The notes: generated by a model from the sequence alone, not told the origin. Counted from the first letter of the stretch, positions 29,573-39,034 are shown. The stretch: DNA of 57,674 bases from Candidatus Caldarchaeum sp. (GCA_038831915.1 JAWBKB010000009.1:1-57674); one strand, 5' to 3'. Numbers and translations are program-made.

Positions 29573-31020
29573 GCCGTTTTTGATGATTTTTCGCCGATGT
29601 AAACCAGCAAGCTTAACACGCCGAGTAGCCCGAAAAAGATGACGAAGACCGTTAGGTCGACCGTAAATGCGACACCTCTTAAATCGCCTACCTGCGTTCC
29701 GGCAGAGGAATACGCGATAAGCATCCCTTTCATGTAGGGATGGATTCCACAGATGTAGCTGTACTGGCCTTCTTTTTCGACTCTGAAGCTGAATTGTTCA
29801 GCATTTTTCAGAAGCGGCGAAGCGAAGGAAACAGGGCCTTCGACAACTGCGACGTTGTGCTGGCCAGTTATTTCGCCCGACCCGATGCTTAGCACATCTT
29901 CGTTAATCCAGACAACCGTTGAGCCAACTGGAACCCGTGCAACCTTGGGATAATAGCTGTTGCCGACAATCTGTATCACAATTTTTTCGCCGGGAAGAAA
30001 TGTACGAGATTCGTCAGGTAACCCTGGTTCGAATGGTGCCACTATTCGTTTAGGATTTCGAGGCGGTGTCGCCGTCAACCCATGAGGATAGATGACATTC
30101 TGCACTGAGGCGTTGCTTGACGAAGCGATGATGCCGACCGCGCCCTTTATCGCCTGCGTTCCAAACGCGTGGGAAACGATGAGGAAATTGCCTTCAGCTG
30201 GAACACGCCATTCAATCACATATGAATCTGTGGGGCCTACTGTGACCGTCTGCAGGCCCATAGCCACATTCGCAGGATTTCCACCTTGATAGACGTATTC
30301 CCATATTCCACCAACAGCGTGGAAAGATGCGACGTGGTTAGGGCCGACGTTAAGAAAATAAAACCGGATGTAGTCGCCGGGCCTTGCATGAATAGGCTCG
30401 GTAACGTATCTGAATACTTTCCCGTTGAACATGACGTATGCAGCTTTTCCGTCGAAGAAATCTCTACCATTAAGGTAGACTTCATGCTGAATCAGATAGA
30501 CCTTGATGTCGGGTTCACGGCCCAGCGTCCTTTCAAGTAGATAAGAATCCTTTTTCGGCTCCACCACAATCATCCCATACATTCCAGCGAGCGTGTGGGT
30601 CAAAATTCCATGACCTCCCGGAGCACAGTGATACATGTAAACGCCGGGAAAATCCGCCGTGAAGACTAATCTTCCTTCACTTCCTGGAGCTATGTTTCCC
30701 ACGAATTTTGACGTCTGAGTATTGGCTGCATGAATGGATAACCCATGCGTGAACCCGCCTACGTTTTTGATTATGATTTCGACCACTTCTCCTTCTCGCA
30801 CTACGATTAAGGGTCCTGGTGTTGTTCCGTTGAAGACAAAGGCTTTGAAGACGACGCCGTCATCGATCATCACATCAGCTTCGGAAGCTATGAGGAGGAA
30901 GGATTTGTCCGGAACTGCGTTGGGTGGTGGATTGCCGGGAATGTCTGGCGCCATCACTATTGCTGACCCAGGAATCAAGACAACTGCTAACGTTAGCAAC
31001 ATGAGAAACAGTTTGAGCAT
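29569..31020 (-). CDS. nirK: Copper nitrite reductase-like protein with C-terminal cupredoxin and membrane anchor
   Basis: THGLSIHAA, YMYHCAP...HTLAGMYG, SFHAVGG and IVSHAF match the CuNiR ligand pattern. An extra T1 domain (GQHNV...CGIHPYM) and a C-terminal TM helix follow. Confidence 0.72.
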   Translation of the reverse strand: MLKLFLMLLTLAVVLIPGSAIVMAPDIPGNPPPNAVPDKSFLLIASEADVMIDDGVVFKAFVFNGTTPGPLIVVREGEVVEIIIKNVGGFTHGLSIHAANTQTSKFVGNIAPGSEGRLVFTADFPGVYMYHCAPGGHGILTHTLAGMYGMIVVEPKKDSYLLERTLGREPDIKVYLIQHEVYLNGRDFFDGKAAYVMFNGKVFRYVTEPIHARPGDYIRFYFLNVGPNHVASFHAVGGIWEYVYQGGNPANVAMGLQTVTVGPTDSYVIEWRVPAEGNFLIVSHAFGTQAIKGAVGIIASSSNASVQNVIYPHGLTATPPRNPKRIVAPFEPGLPDESRTFLPGEKIVIQIVGNSYYPKVARVPVGSTVVWINEDVLSIGSGEITGQHNVAVVEGPVSFASPLLKNAEQFSFRVEKEGQYSYICGIHPYMKGMLIAYSSAGTQVGDLRGVAFTVDLTVFVIFFGLLGVLSLLVYIGEKSSKTA

Positions 31021-31057
31021 GATTATCTAGTGTCGTATTAGAGCAAAAACATGCTAA

Positions 31058-31070
31058 GCAACACTGTTGC
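31058..31070. promoter_or_regulatory. Palindrome GCAACA-C-TGTTGC in the divergent nirK/regulator promoter
   Basis: Perfect 6-1-6 inverted repeat in the 64-bp intergenic region; operator role is inferred. Confidence 0.4.
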
Positions 31071-31084
31071 ACACCATAGTCAAT

Positions 31085-31741
31085 ATGCGGCTAAGGTTAT
31101 ATCGCAGAGGAAGAATGTTGTGGTTGCGTGGGTTGAGAGGTTCTCCGTGCTTTTTCACGGTTGTCATTAGAAACAGTAACTGCCGAGTGGTTGAAATGCT
31201 TCTTTCCCGTAATGTTGAAGGGTCTTTCCGAAGCGTTCGGGTTGGGGAAAGGGTTTCAAGCCATCTCATCCAATTGTCGAAACCGCTAGCTTCGCTGGAG
31301 AATCGGCCTCCCGACGTAACGATTTACAGAATGGGCCGAAATTTTCTATGGGTTGACTCGCCGAGCTGCAAGTCATGTGAAGTTATCGCGACGAATCCCG
31401 CCATCCCCACAAACATAACGTTAGTCAGAGACACTGGGGTGGTGGTTTCTTTCATCAGTCCCGGGCCCCTGGTTTGTAAAAAAATTATGGACGAAATGAA
31501 GGCCCGCGGTCTCGAGGTCGAGCGTTTAAGCAGCCGCTCGCTGGATTTGAAGCAGTTTTTAACCCGTAGACAACGTGAAGTCCTGTACACCGCTTTTTCA
31601 ATGGGATATTTTTCGTATAGCCGCGAAACGACGCTCGGCGAACTGGCTAAAACGCTCGGCCTCTCCAAATCAACTGTCTCAAGACATTTAAGGGCCGCCG
31701 TCCGTAAGCTCGCGATAACGACTTCACGCGACCAACTGTAG
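31085..31741 (+). CDS. Bacterio-opsin-activator (HTH_10) type transcriptional regulator
   Basis: LTRRQREVL..AF.MGYFSYSRETTLGELAKTLGLSKSTVSRHLRAA, with an N-terminal CKSC. Start uncertain. Confidence 0.88.
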   Translation: MRLRLYRRGRMLWLRGLRGSPCFFTVVIRNSNCRVVEMLLSRNVEGSFRSVRVGERVSSHLIQLSKPLASLENRPPDVTIYRMGRNFLWVDSPSCKSCEVIATNPAIPTNITLVRDTGVVVSFISPGPLVCKKIMDEMKARGLEVERLSSRSLDLKQFLTRRQREVLYTAFSMGYFSYSRETTLGELAKTLGLSKSTVSRHLRAAVRKLAITTSRDQL

Positions 31742-31808
31742 CACTATGTTTGAGCTATAGTTTTATATCGTGCTTATACCAAGCTTAGGATGCAATAAGT
31801 GGTTTCCC

Positions 31809-32024
31809 ATGGTCAAACACATCCTCGTCACGCTGTCGGACGAACAGTACAAATGCGTTACTTTTCTCCGTAACAAAATGGGCTCCAGCGACGCCGAAGT
31901 TCTCCGAAACATATTCCTTTCATGGCTGGCTGAAAAAGCCATGATCGGGTGTTGGGAGACAGAAAGAGCCGTCGAAGAATTTCAGAAACGTTGGATGGAG
32001 AAGAAGGAGAAAACAACGGTTTAA
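31809..32024 (+). CDS. Ribbon-helix-helix (CopG-like) DNA-binding protein
   Basis: KHILVTLSDEQY...MGSSDAEVLRNIFLSWLAE pattern. Confidence 0.7.
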   Translation: MVKHILVTLSDEQYKCVTFLRNKMGSSDAEVLRNIFLSWLAEKAMIGCWETERAVEEFQKRWMEKKEKTTV

Positions 32025-32040
32025 CCGAGTCAACGGGGCC

Positions 32041-32967
32041 ATGACTGTGTCGATGTCCGAGTCTATGAGGGTGTTGTCGCAGGGTTTATGGGAACTTGTA
32101 GGTAACACACCTCTAATCAGGCTCAAGTCATTCGAAAAACCGGGGGTTAAGCTTTACGCTAAATGCGAAATGTTCAACCCCGGCGGCTCCGTCAAAGACA
32201 GGCCCGCACTCTACATCATTCAGGACGCCATAAGGTCTGGTAAATTGACCCCTGACAAAAAACTTCTGGATGCGACTTCCGGAAACACTGGAGTGGCTTA
32301 CAGCATGATTGCGGCGTCGCTCGGCTATCAAGTGGTTTTGGTTTCTCCCTCAAACATCTCTCCCATCAAGCTTGCTAAGATGAGAGCGTTTGGAGCTGAA
32401 GTCATTCTGACAGACCCTCTTGAAGGAATGGACGGAGCGATTGAAAAAGCTCGGGAAATTTACGAATCTTCCCCGAAACAGTTTTTCTACGCCAACCAGT
32501 ACGGCAACCCTTCGAATCCCCGCGCACATTACGAAACCACAGCGCCTGAAATATGGAGGCAAACCAAAGGCCAAATTACTCATCTTGTCGCCGGGGTTGG
32601 AACGTCGGGCACTCTTCAGGGGACTGCGAAGTTTCTCCGCGAAAGAAATCCACGCATAAAAGTGGTGGAAGTTCAGCCAGAGGACGAATTTCACGGAATC
32701 GAAGGTCTCAAAAACATGAAATCAGCTATCAGGCCTGAAATTTACAGCGAAAACATCGCTGACACGCGGATTTACGTGACAACCGAAGATGCGGTAGCGG
32801 TGGCTGAAAAGCTCATGCTTGTTGAAGGCGTCGCCGGTGGATATTCGTCCGGCGCAGCCGTTAAAGCCGCTTTGGAGCTGGTCGAACAAATCGACGAAGG
32901 CGTAATAGTAACCATCCTTCCTGACAGTCTTTCGAACCACATCGCCGGAAAGGGCGTCCGTCGTTGA
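32041..32967 (+). CDS. cysM: PLP-dependent cysteine synthase (CysM-like)
   Basis: NPGGSVKDR (PLP Lys), ATSGNTG, NQYGNPSN and GVGTSGT motifs. Confidence 0.88.
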   Translation: MTVSMSESMRVLSQGLWELVGNTPLIRLKSFEKPGVKLYAKCEMFNPGGSVKDRPALYIIQDAIRSGKLTPDKKLLDATSGNTGVAYSMIAASLGYQVVLVSPSNISPIKLAKMRAFGAEVILTDPLEGMDGAIEKAREIYESSPKQFFYANQYGNPSNPRAHYETTAPEIWRQTKGQITHLVAGVGTSGTLQGTAKFLRERNPRIKVVEVQPEDEFHGIEGLKNMKSAIRPEIYSENIADTRIYVTTEDAVAVAEKLMLVEGVAGGYSSGAAVKAALELVEQIDEGVIVTILPDSLSNHIAGKGVRR

Positions 32968-33386
32968 AACTGATTGTAAAACGGGAAATCTTTGAAGAAA
33001 TAGTCAACCGATGTGTCGAAGGTTATCCGTTTGAAACCGCAGGCCTCATGCTTGGTTTCGGGGAAGAAGGGAAAGTCGTTGAAATAATTCCCGTCAGAAA
33101 TGTTCACGAAGGCGACAGACGTGTGCGGTACAAAATCGACCCAATCGAATACTTTAACGCTGAAACAACAGCCGAATCAAAAGGTCTCGAAGTTATCGGT
33201 GTTTATCATTCGCATCCAGACCATCCACCCAACCCGTCGGCCTACGACCTCGAATACGCCTTACCGCCATGGTACTACCTGATAGTTTCCGTAACTAAGG
33301 GAAAAATGGTAAACCACCGCTGCTGGAAAGCCGTTGAAAAGGACGGCGTAAAAGCTTTTCAGGAATCCGACATCTTGTTAGAATAG
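32964..33386 (+). CDS. JAMM/MPN+ metalloprotease (Mec/M67 family)
   Basis: E...HSH-x7-S-x2-D motif (HSHPDHPPNPSAYD) is intact; overlaps the cysM stop. Confidence 0.93.
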   Translation: MKLIVKREIFEEIVNRCVEGYPFETAGLMLGFGEEGKVVEIIPVRNVHEGDRRVRYKIDPIEYFNAETTAESKGLEVIGVYHSHPDHPPNPSAYDLEYALPPWYYLIVSVTKGKMVNHRCWKAVEKDGVKAFQESDILLE

Positions 33387-33402
33387 GTCTGGAAAGGCCA
33401 AT

Positions 33403-33427
33403 TGTTATATTGGATTTAAATATAACA
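33403..33427. promoter_or_regulatory. Perfect 9-bp inverted repeat TGTTATATT-N7-AATATAACA overlapping the TATA box (TTTAAATA 33415-33422) of the Ubl gene
   Basis: Read directly. The TATA box lies about 30 nt upstream of ATG 33451. Confidence 0.6.
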
Positions 33428-33450
33428 GGTAGCATTTTTCTAGGCAGCCC

Positions 33451-33993
33451 ATGCCTGTTAAGGTTTATCTTCCAACACCTCTCCGCCAGTACGCCGAAGG
33501 CCGCGACGTCGTCGAGTTAGAAGGGTCGACTGTCGGCGAAGTTTTGAACAAACTCGTGTCCCGTTATGCGGATTTGCAGAAACATCTTTTCAGCGAAACA
33601 GGCTCGATAAGAAGCTTTGTCAACGTCTTCATTAACAATGAGGACATCAGGTTTCTCGAAGGAATGCAAACCAAGCTCAAAGACGGCGACGTCGTATACA
33701 TCATCCCATCAATCGCTGGAGGAGCGGCGGTTTCCCAGCCCGCAGCGGTTGCGCGAAAACTAGGAAGAACTGTCAAACAACACGGAAGAATAACTGTTCC
33801 AGCACGACTTCTCAAAAAAGCGAAAAAACGCGAAGTCGCCTTGGTAATCGAGGACGTCAAATACCTTTTCGAACCCGACAAATATCGTAGAATCTACTTG
33901 CCACCAGCTCTCCGCGAAAAAATTCTAAACATGTCGTCGTTCGAATTCTCTCTCGTCGACGGAGAGCTCACACTAAAGTTCCGAAGGTTTTAA
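33451..33993 (+). CDS. Ubiquitin-like sulfur carrier (MoaD/CysO/SAMP) fused after GG to a MraZ/AbrB-like DNA-binding domain
   Basis: Residues 1-91 form a beta-grasp ending IIPSIAGG with no stop. The 89-aa tail has two swapped-hairpin repeats, QHGRITVPARL and KYRRIYLPPALRE. Confidence 0.85.
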   Translation: MPVKVYLPTPLRQYAEGRDVVELEGSTVGEVLNKLVSRYADLQKHLFSETGSIRSFVNVFINNEDIRFLEGMQTKLKDGDVVYIIPSIAGGAAVSQPAAVARKLGRTVKQHGRITVPARLLKKAKKREVALVIEDVKYLFEPDKYRRIYLPPALREKILNMSSFEFSLVDGELTLKFRRF

Positions 33994-34017
33994 AAACAAG
34001 CCGTAAATTGCTTATAC

Positions 34018-34413
34018 ATGCCCAAATACGTTGTGACGGTTGAGGACGGCGGAGAGGTGGAGGTTTCGCTTGAAGGCTCTTCAAAAGAAGAAGTTTTAGC
34101 AAGTTTAGACGAATTGCTGGAAATTTCGCGTATAGTTGCGGAGCGGTTGAAAAAAGCCACTGTGCTGAAAGCCGTTAAAAGGCGGGGAAAATCAGAAGCA
34201 GTCCGCGTTCTCGAAATACTTGAGCAGAAATTGATTCCATCTGGTTTCTTCGCCACCGCTAGGACGACAGCCGAAGTCCGTAAAAAAATCTACGAGGAAA
34301 TGGGAATAAAATTTCAAAGCAGGAAAGTCAGCCAAGCGCTCGGCATACTCTACGATAAAGGAACGCTTTCGCGAATAGGGCCGAAGGGGAGCTACCGCTG
34401 GGTTATGCCGTAG
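34018..34413 (+). CDS. Winged-helix domain protein
   Basis: GFFATARTTAEVRKKI...KVSQALGILYDKGTLSRIG.KGSYRW. Confidence 0.7.
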   Translation: MPKYVVTVEDGGEVEVSLEGSSKEEVLASLDELLEISRIVAERLKKATVLKAVKRRGKSEAVRVLEILEQKLIPSGFFATARTTAEVRKKIYEEMGIKFQSRKVSQALGILYDKGTLSRIGPKGSYRWVMP

Positions 34414-34473
34414 CAGCTATGTTAGATGGCTTGATGTAAACAACCGTTAAAATTGTTCCCATGATTCTTAAAG

Positions 34474-35349
34474 ATGATGAAGGTAGCGGCGACGGTCAAG
34501 ACCTATTTTCTGTTGACTAAGCCAAACGTTTGGTGGCTTCTCGCTTTTTCGGGAGCCGCTGGAATGTTTGCCGCTGCCAACGGACCACCTGACCCAGTTA
34601 TTTTCGTTTTAGCCATGACGTCAATCATCACCGGAGTTGCTGGAACAGAAGCGACGTCAAACTATTTGGAGCGTTCAGTCGACGCCATGATGAAAAGAAC
34701 TTCAAAGAGAGTTCTTCCCCGCGGTCTTATCAACCCTCCATGGAAAGCACTTATCTTCGGACTTGGCTTGATGATGATTTCGCTTGTATTGGCCAGTTTT
34801 GTCAATCTATGGACTTTGTTTTTCATGGCTTCGGGCATGTTCAACTATCTGGTTGTCTACGTGATGTGGGCGAAGAAGCGGACACCTCTCAACATCATTC
34901 TCGGAAGCTACGCGGGAGGCGCCCCGCTGATGGCTGGATACACAGCGGCACACCCATGGCCAACCGCCGAATCGCTGATTCTCGCAGCGTTGATTGTGCT
35001 GTGGATACCACCACACATCTGGAGCCTAGCCCTCATCTACAAAGAAGATTACTCACGTGCCAAAATTCCCATGCTACCCGTAGTAACATCAGAAGCAACA
35101 GCCATTCGATGCATCTCATTAACCACCATCATCTCCGTGCTTTTCACATTCCTGCTCTACATCCTCTACCCCGAGAAATACGGAATCGTTTATCTGACCG
35201 CCGCCGTTGTCAGCGGGTTGACAATAGCCGTGCCCTCTGCGGCGTTGATCCTGAAGCCGAGTAAGAAAACAGCCTATGTATTGTTCAAAACAACCAGTCC
35301 GCAGCTGCTGATCATACTTACGGCCGTGATTCTCGACAGCGTTTTATGA
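34474..35349 (+). CDS. cyoE: Protoheme IX farnesyltransferase (heme O synthase)
   Basis: LTKP, ERSVDAMMKRTSKR.LP, WIPPH.WSLA and DYSRAKIPMLPV motifs. Confidence 0.93.
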   Translation: MMKVAATVKTYFLLTKPNVWWLLAFSGAAGMFAAANGPPDPVIFVLAMTSIITGVAGTEATSNYLERSVDAMMKRTSKRVLPRGLINPPWKALIFGLGLMMISLVLASFVNLWTLFFMASGMFNYLVVYVMWAKKRTPLNIILGSYAGGAPLMAGYTAAHPWPTAESLILAALIVLWIPPHIWSLALIYKEDYSRAKIPMLPVVTSEATAIRCISLTTIISVLFTFLLYILYPEKYGIVYLTAAVVSGLTIAVPSAALILKPSKKTAYVLFKTTSPQLLIILTAVILDSVL

Positions 35350-35354
35350 GTAGC

Positions 35355-36677
35355 TTAGTGTTTGACCCATTGTCCAATTCTTTTGTCGATTAGCTTGCCG
35401 TCGCGGTAAATGACTTCTCCTCTCAGAATTGTGTATCGCAGCGTGGCGGAAACTTTGTATCCGTCGAATGGTGTGAATTTTTGTTTGCTGTGGAGACGCG
35501 ATGAGTGTATTGTGTCCGGTGTTCGGGGGTCAAAGATAGCAAAGTCGCCGTCTGAGCCTATCGTCAACCCGCCTTTCTTCGGATAGAGTCCGAATGTTCG
35601 AGCCGGGTTGGCAGCGAGAATTTCAGATATCTTGGTAATGGGAATCATTCCTTTCAACGCCGCGTCAACCAACAAAGGGCCCATTAACTCGACACCAATC
35701 ATTCCAGCCGGAGCCTCGAAAACAGGACGTTGTTTTTCCTCAAGCGTGTGTGGCGCATGGTCGGAGCCTATGTTCGTTATCAATCCTAGTTGAACGGCTT
35801 CTACCAGCTTGCTCCGGTCTTCGGGAAAACGTATCGGCGGATTCACCTTCATAAGTGTTCCATGTTTTTCATAGGTGGTGCTGTCGAGCAACAAATAGTG
35901 GGGACAGGTTTCTACTGTCACGTTTGGCGATTTTTCGTTCTGCAGATAATCCACGGCCTCGCCGCTTGAAAGATGCACGATTAACACGTTTCCTCCAGTT
36001 TTTGCAGCGAAATAGTTGATTTTCCTCACCGAATCGACTTCGCAAATCGCCGGTCTCGAATACAAATGACTCAGAGGTGAGACAGGTTGTTGCCTCGCTT
36101 TTTGTTCGAAGTAGTGTACGAGGTTTCTGTTTTCGCAGTGGAACGCGATAGTGTATTGTTTTTTGGCTGATTTTGTCAGGGCTTCGAAGATTGTTGCGTC
36201 TGATGGTGTTGCGATGTCACCCGTGGTGGGTCCGAGGAAAGCTTTGAACCCGACCGCGCCAGCTTCGTACAATTCGTCTATCTCTTCTATGTTTTCGTCA
36301 ATTAGGACACCATACAAAGCGTAGTCGACGAAAGATTTGTCTTTGACGATTTCCGCCTTTCGACGGAGTTCCTTAACATCAACTACCGGCGGAGACGTGT
36401 TCGGCATTTCGAGAACCGTAGTAACGCCACCAGCCTCAGCCGCAGCCGAGCCTGATTGAAAATCTTCCTTCGATTCGTAGCCAGGTTCACGAAAATGAAC
36501 ATGTTCATCGACGAAGCCGGGGAAAACCAGCAAACCTTCGGCGTCGATGATTTCAGCACCCCGTAACGCGGATGTTCTTGCAAAACCTGCAATGACCCCA
36601 TTTTCAACAACAATGTCCGTTTTGACAACACCGTGTGGAAAAACAACGCTGCCGTTCTTTATCAGCAGATTGGACAC
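35355..36677 (-). CDS. Cyclic amidohydrolase (allantoinase/dihydroorotase family)
   Basis: DEHVHFREPG, GFK (carboxylated Lys), FHCE, VHLS and SDHAPH motifs. Confidence 0.85.
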   Translation of the reverse strand: MSNLLIKNGSVVFPHGVVKTDIVVENGVIAGFARTSALRGAEIIDAEGLLVFPGFVDEHVHFREPGYESKEDFQSGSAAAEAGGVTTVLEMPNTSPPVVDVKELRRKAEIVKDKSFVDYALYGVLIDENIEEIDELYEAGAVGFKAFLGPTTGDIATPSDATIFEALTKSAKKQYTIAFHCENRNLVHYFEQKARQQPVSPLSHLYSRPAICEVDSVRKINYFAAKTGGNVLIVHLSSGEAVDYLQNEKSPNVTVETCPHYLLLDSTTYEKHGTLMKVNPPIRFPEDRSKLVEAVQLGLITNIGSDHAPHTLEEKQRPVFEAPAGMIGVELMGPLLVDAALKGMIPITKISEILAANPARTFGLYPKKGGLTIGSDGDFAIFDPRTPDTIHSSRLHSKQKFTPFDGYKVSATLRYTILRGEVIYRDGKLIDKRIGQWVKH

Positions 36678-36739
36678 ATCTGTCTGGCTGATATGAATGA
36701 TTTAACCTTAAATCCTTAGCATAGTCTCGCGAGGATGAT

Positions 36740-39034
36740 ATGTTATCGGGCGTTGACGAAGATGCCTACAACATCATTAGCGAATGGCTTTCCCGCGAAC
36801 GTTTTTTTGTTGTGAAGAAAGACGTTGTGCGTGTTGAATCAGTCGCCGGCGTTAAAGGGATGCTCCGATACGTCGAAGACCATGTTGATCGGAAATGTTT
36901 GACGGCTAGAATAGTCCGAAGCTCGGTTCCGCATGGAATCATCAAATCCATACGATTGCTTGATAGTGACGGCGTTCTTGTCATGGCTCGGGATGTTCCC
37001 GGTGAAAACCAGGTGGGATATGCCATCGCTGACCAGCCGGCGTTAGCAGAGCGTAAAATCAGGTTCTACGGCGAACCAGTTGCCATAGTCGTCGCTGACA
37101 ACAGCTACCGTGCGGAAGACCTTCTCGAAAAAGTTGAAGTGGATGTTGAACCTTTGCCACCGGTTTTCGATGTTTTCGACGCGTTGAGGAATGAGGTGTT
37201 GGTGCATGATGAACGTGGTTCGAACGTAGCTATTACGGCGAATGTCAGAAAGGGGGATGTGTCAGTTGGCGAATCCCAGTCGGACGTAATAGTGGAGAAA
37301 ACCTACCGTTTGGCGCCGCAAGACCATGCATACATCGAAACAGAGGCCGCGCTTGCATTTCCTGCCCCTGACGGTGTCACGGTTATCGGACAGTCCCAGT
37401 ATCCTCATCTTGCTCAGAAAACTGTCGCGCGTGTGCTTGGTCTTCCCTACAGCAGGGTTACGGTTGTGCAGGCCGCGGTTGGAGGTGCTTTCGGCGGAAA
37501 AGACGACATGGGCCCAATTGTCTCCGCTCAAGCCGCCCTAGCTGCGTGGAAGACAGGCAAACCCGTTTTCCTGCAATATAGCCGAGAAGAAAGTTTCACA
37601 AGCCACTGTAAACGCGACCCAGCTATAATCCACTGTAGAACAGGTGCTTCAAACGATGGTTTACTCAAGTTTCTCCAAGCTGAGGTGATTTTTGACAGCG
37701 GTGCTTACGCTAACCGTGGCCCATACACTCTTTGGAGAGCCTGCGTACATGTTTCGGGGCCCTACAAAATTCCCCATGTGAACGTTGTGGGCAAACTCGT
37801 TTACACCAACAAAGTGTATCAGGGAAGCTTCCGTGGATTCGGAAATCCACAGGCACAATTCGCCGCAGAAAGACAGATGGATGAACTCGCGGCAAAGCTT
37901 GGAATCGACCCTGTGGAATTCAGGCTGAAAAACCTTCTAAGGCCAGGTGATTTGTCAGCCACTTCGCAGCCGATGCCGGAGGACACGGGAATAGCTCCTC
38001 TCGTTGAAAAGATGAGGTCAGCTTTCCGTGGTTTGAACCCTCGTCGTGAAAACGGTTCTTTGATTGGGTATGGGTTCGCGGTTGGATGGCACGGCATAAG
38101 CACGAGTAGAGGTGTGCCTGATTGGGGTTCAGCGACGTTAACGGTGTATAGGGATGGCAGCGTGGGAATTTCCACGGGAATAGTGGAATTCGGTCAAGGC
38201 ACGCACACTGCGATTAAACAGGTTGTAGCGGAAGTTCTCGGCGTTCCATATGAATGGATAAGGCTTGAAGGGGGAACGAGCAACGCACCTGACACCGGAG
38301 CAACACATGGGTCGAGGGGATTAACGCTGGGAGGCTCGGCCGCTCTCGTCGCCGCAGGCCGCATCAGAAAACGAATAGCCCGGACAGCGGCTGAAATGCT
38401 TGAAGCGAACCCGGAAGACATAGAAATCGTAGACGGAAAAATTTCTGTGAAAGGAGTTCCCAACAAAATGCTTGACTGGCGTGAAGTCGTCGCTGCTTGT
38501 TATTCGCGAGGTGTCGACTTGACGGCGAGCGGGTATTTCTTCCTGAAGAAAGGGCGTTTTGACGAATCAACAGGTCAGGGACATGCCTACACTGTCTACA
38601 GTTTCTCGGCAGTGATGGTTGAGGTCCGCGTCGACACAGAAACTGGCAAGGTCGAAGTCACACGTGTCTGGCCCGGAGCTGCGTGCGGAAAAATCATCAA
38701 CCCAGCAATCGCCCGAGGCCAGATTCACGGCTCAATCCTACAATCACTCGGCTATTCGCTTTTGGAAAACATGGTTTTTGAAGAAGGACGGCTTCTGACG
38801 GCGAGTTTCATGGATTATCTCATACCATCGGCTACTGACACACCAGTCATCGAAGAACCTGTTTACCATGAGGACGCATGTGCACATGGGCCGTTAGGCG
38901 CTAAGGGGTTGGCTGAACTCGCCCTGATACCGCTGCCCGCAGCGATAGCGAACGCCGTAAAAAACGCGACTGGAATAGACGTAGACAACATACCGCTAAA
39001 AATGGAAGAAATCGCTCAGAAGCTGAAAAGGTGA
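36740..39034 (+). CDS. Xanthine dehydrogenase family molybdopterin-binding subunit
   Basis: VGGAFGGK, SFRGFGNPQ, GQG, THGSRG and GAKGLAE motifs. Confidence 0.9.
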   Translation: MLSGVDEDAYNIISEWLSRERFFVVKKDVVRVESVAGVKGMLRYVEDHVDRKCLTARIVRSSVPHGIIKSIRLLDSDGVLVMARDVPGENQVGYAIADQPALAERKIRFYGEPVAIVVADNSYRAEDLLEKVEVDVEPLPPVFDVFDALRNEVLVHDERGSNVAITANVRKGDVSVGESQSDVIVEKTYRLAPQDHAYIETEAALAFPAPDGVTVIGQSQYPHLAQKTVARVLGLPYSRVTVVQAAVGGAFGGKDDMGPIVSAQAALAAWKTGKPVFLQYSREESFTSHCKRDPAIIHCRTGASNDGLLKFLQAEVIFDSGAYANRGPYTLWRACVHVSGPYKIPHVNVVGKLVYTNKVYQGSFRGFGNPQAQFAAERQMDELAAKLGIDPVEFRLKNLLRPGDLSATSQPMPEDTGIAPLVEKMRSAFRGLNPRRENGSLIGYGFAVGWHGISTSRGVPDWGSATLTVYRDGSVGISTGIVEFGQGTHTAIKQVVAEVLGVPYEWIRLEGGTSNAPDTGATHGSRGLTLGGSAALVAAGRIRKRIARTAAEMLEANPEDIEIVDGKISVKGVPNKMLDWREVVAACYSRGVDLTASGYFFLKKGRFDESTGQGHAYTVYSFSAVMVEVRVDTETGKVEVTRVWPGAACGKIINPAIARGQIHGSILQSLGYSLLENMVFEEGRLLTASFMDYLIPSATDTPVIEEPVYHEDACAHGPLGAKGLAELALIPLPAAIANAVKNATGIDVDNIPLKMEEIAQKLKR

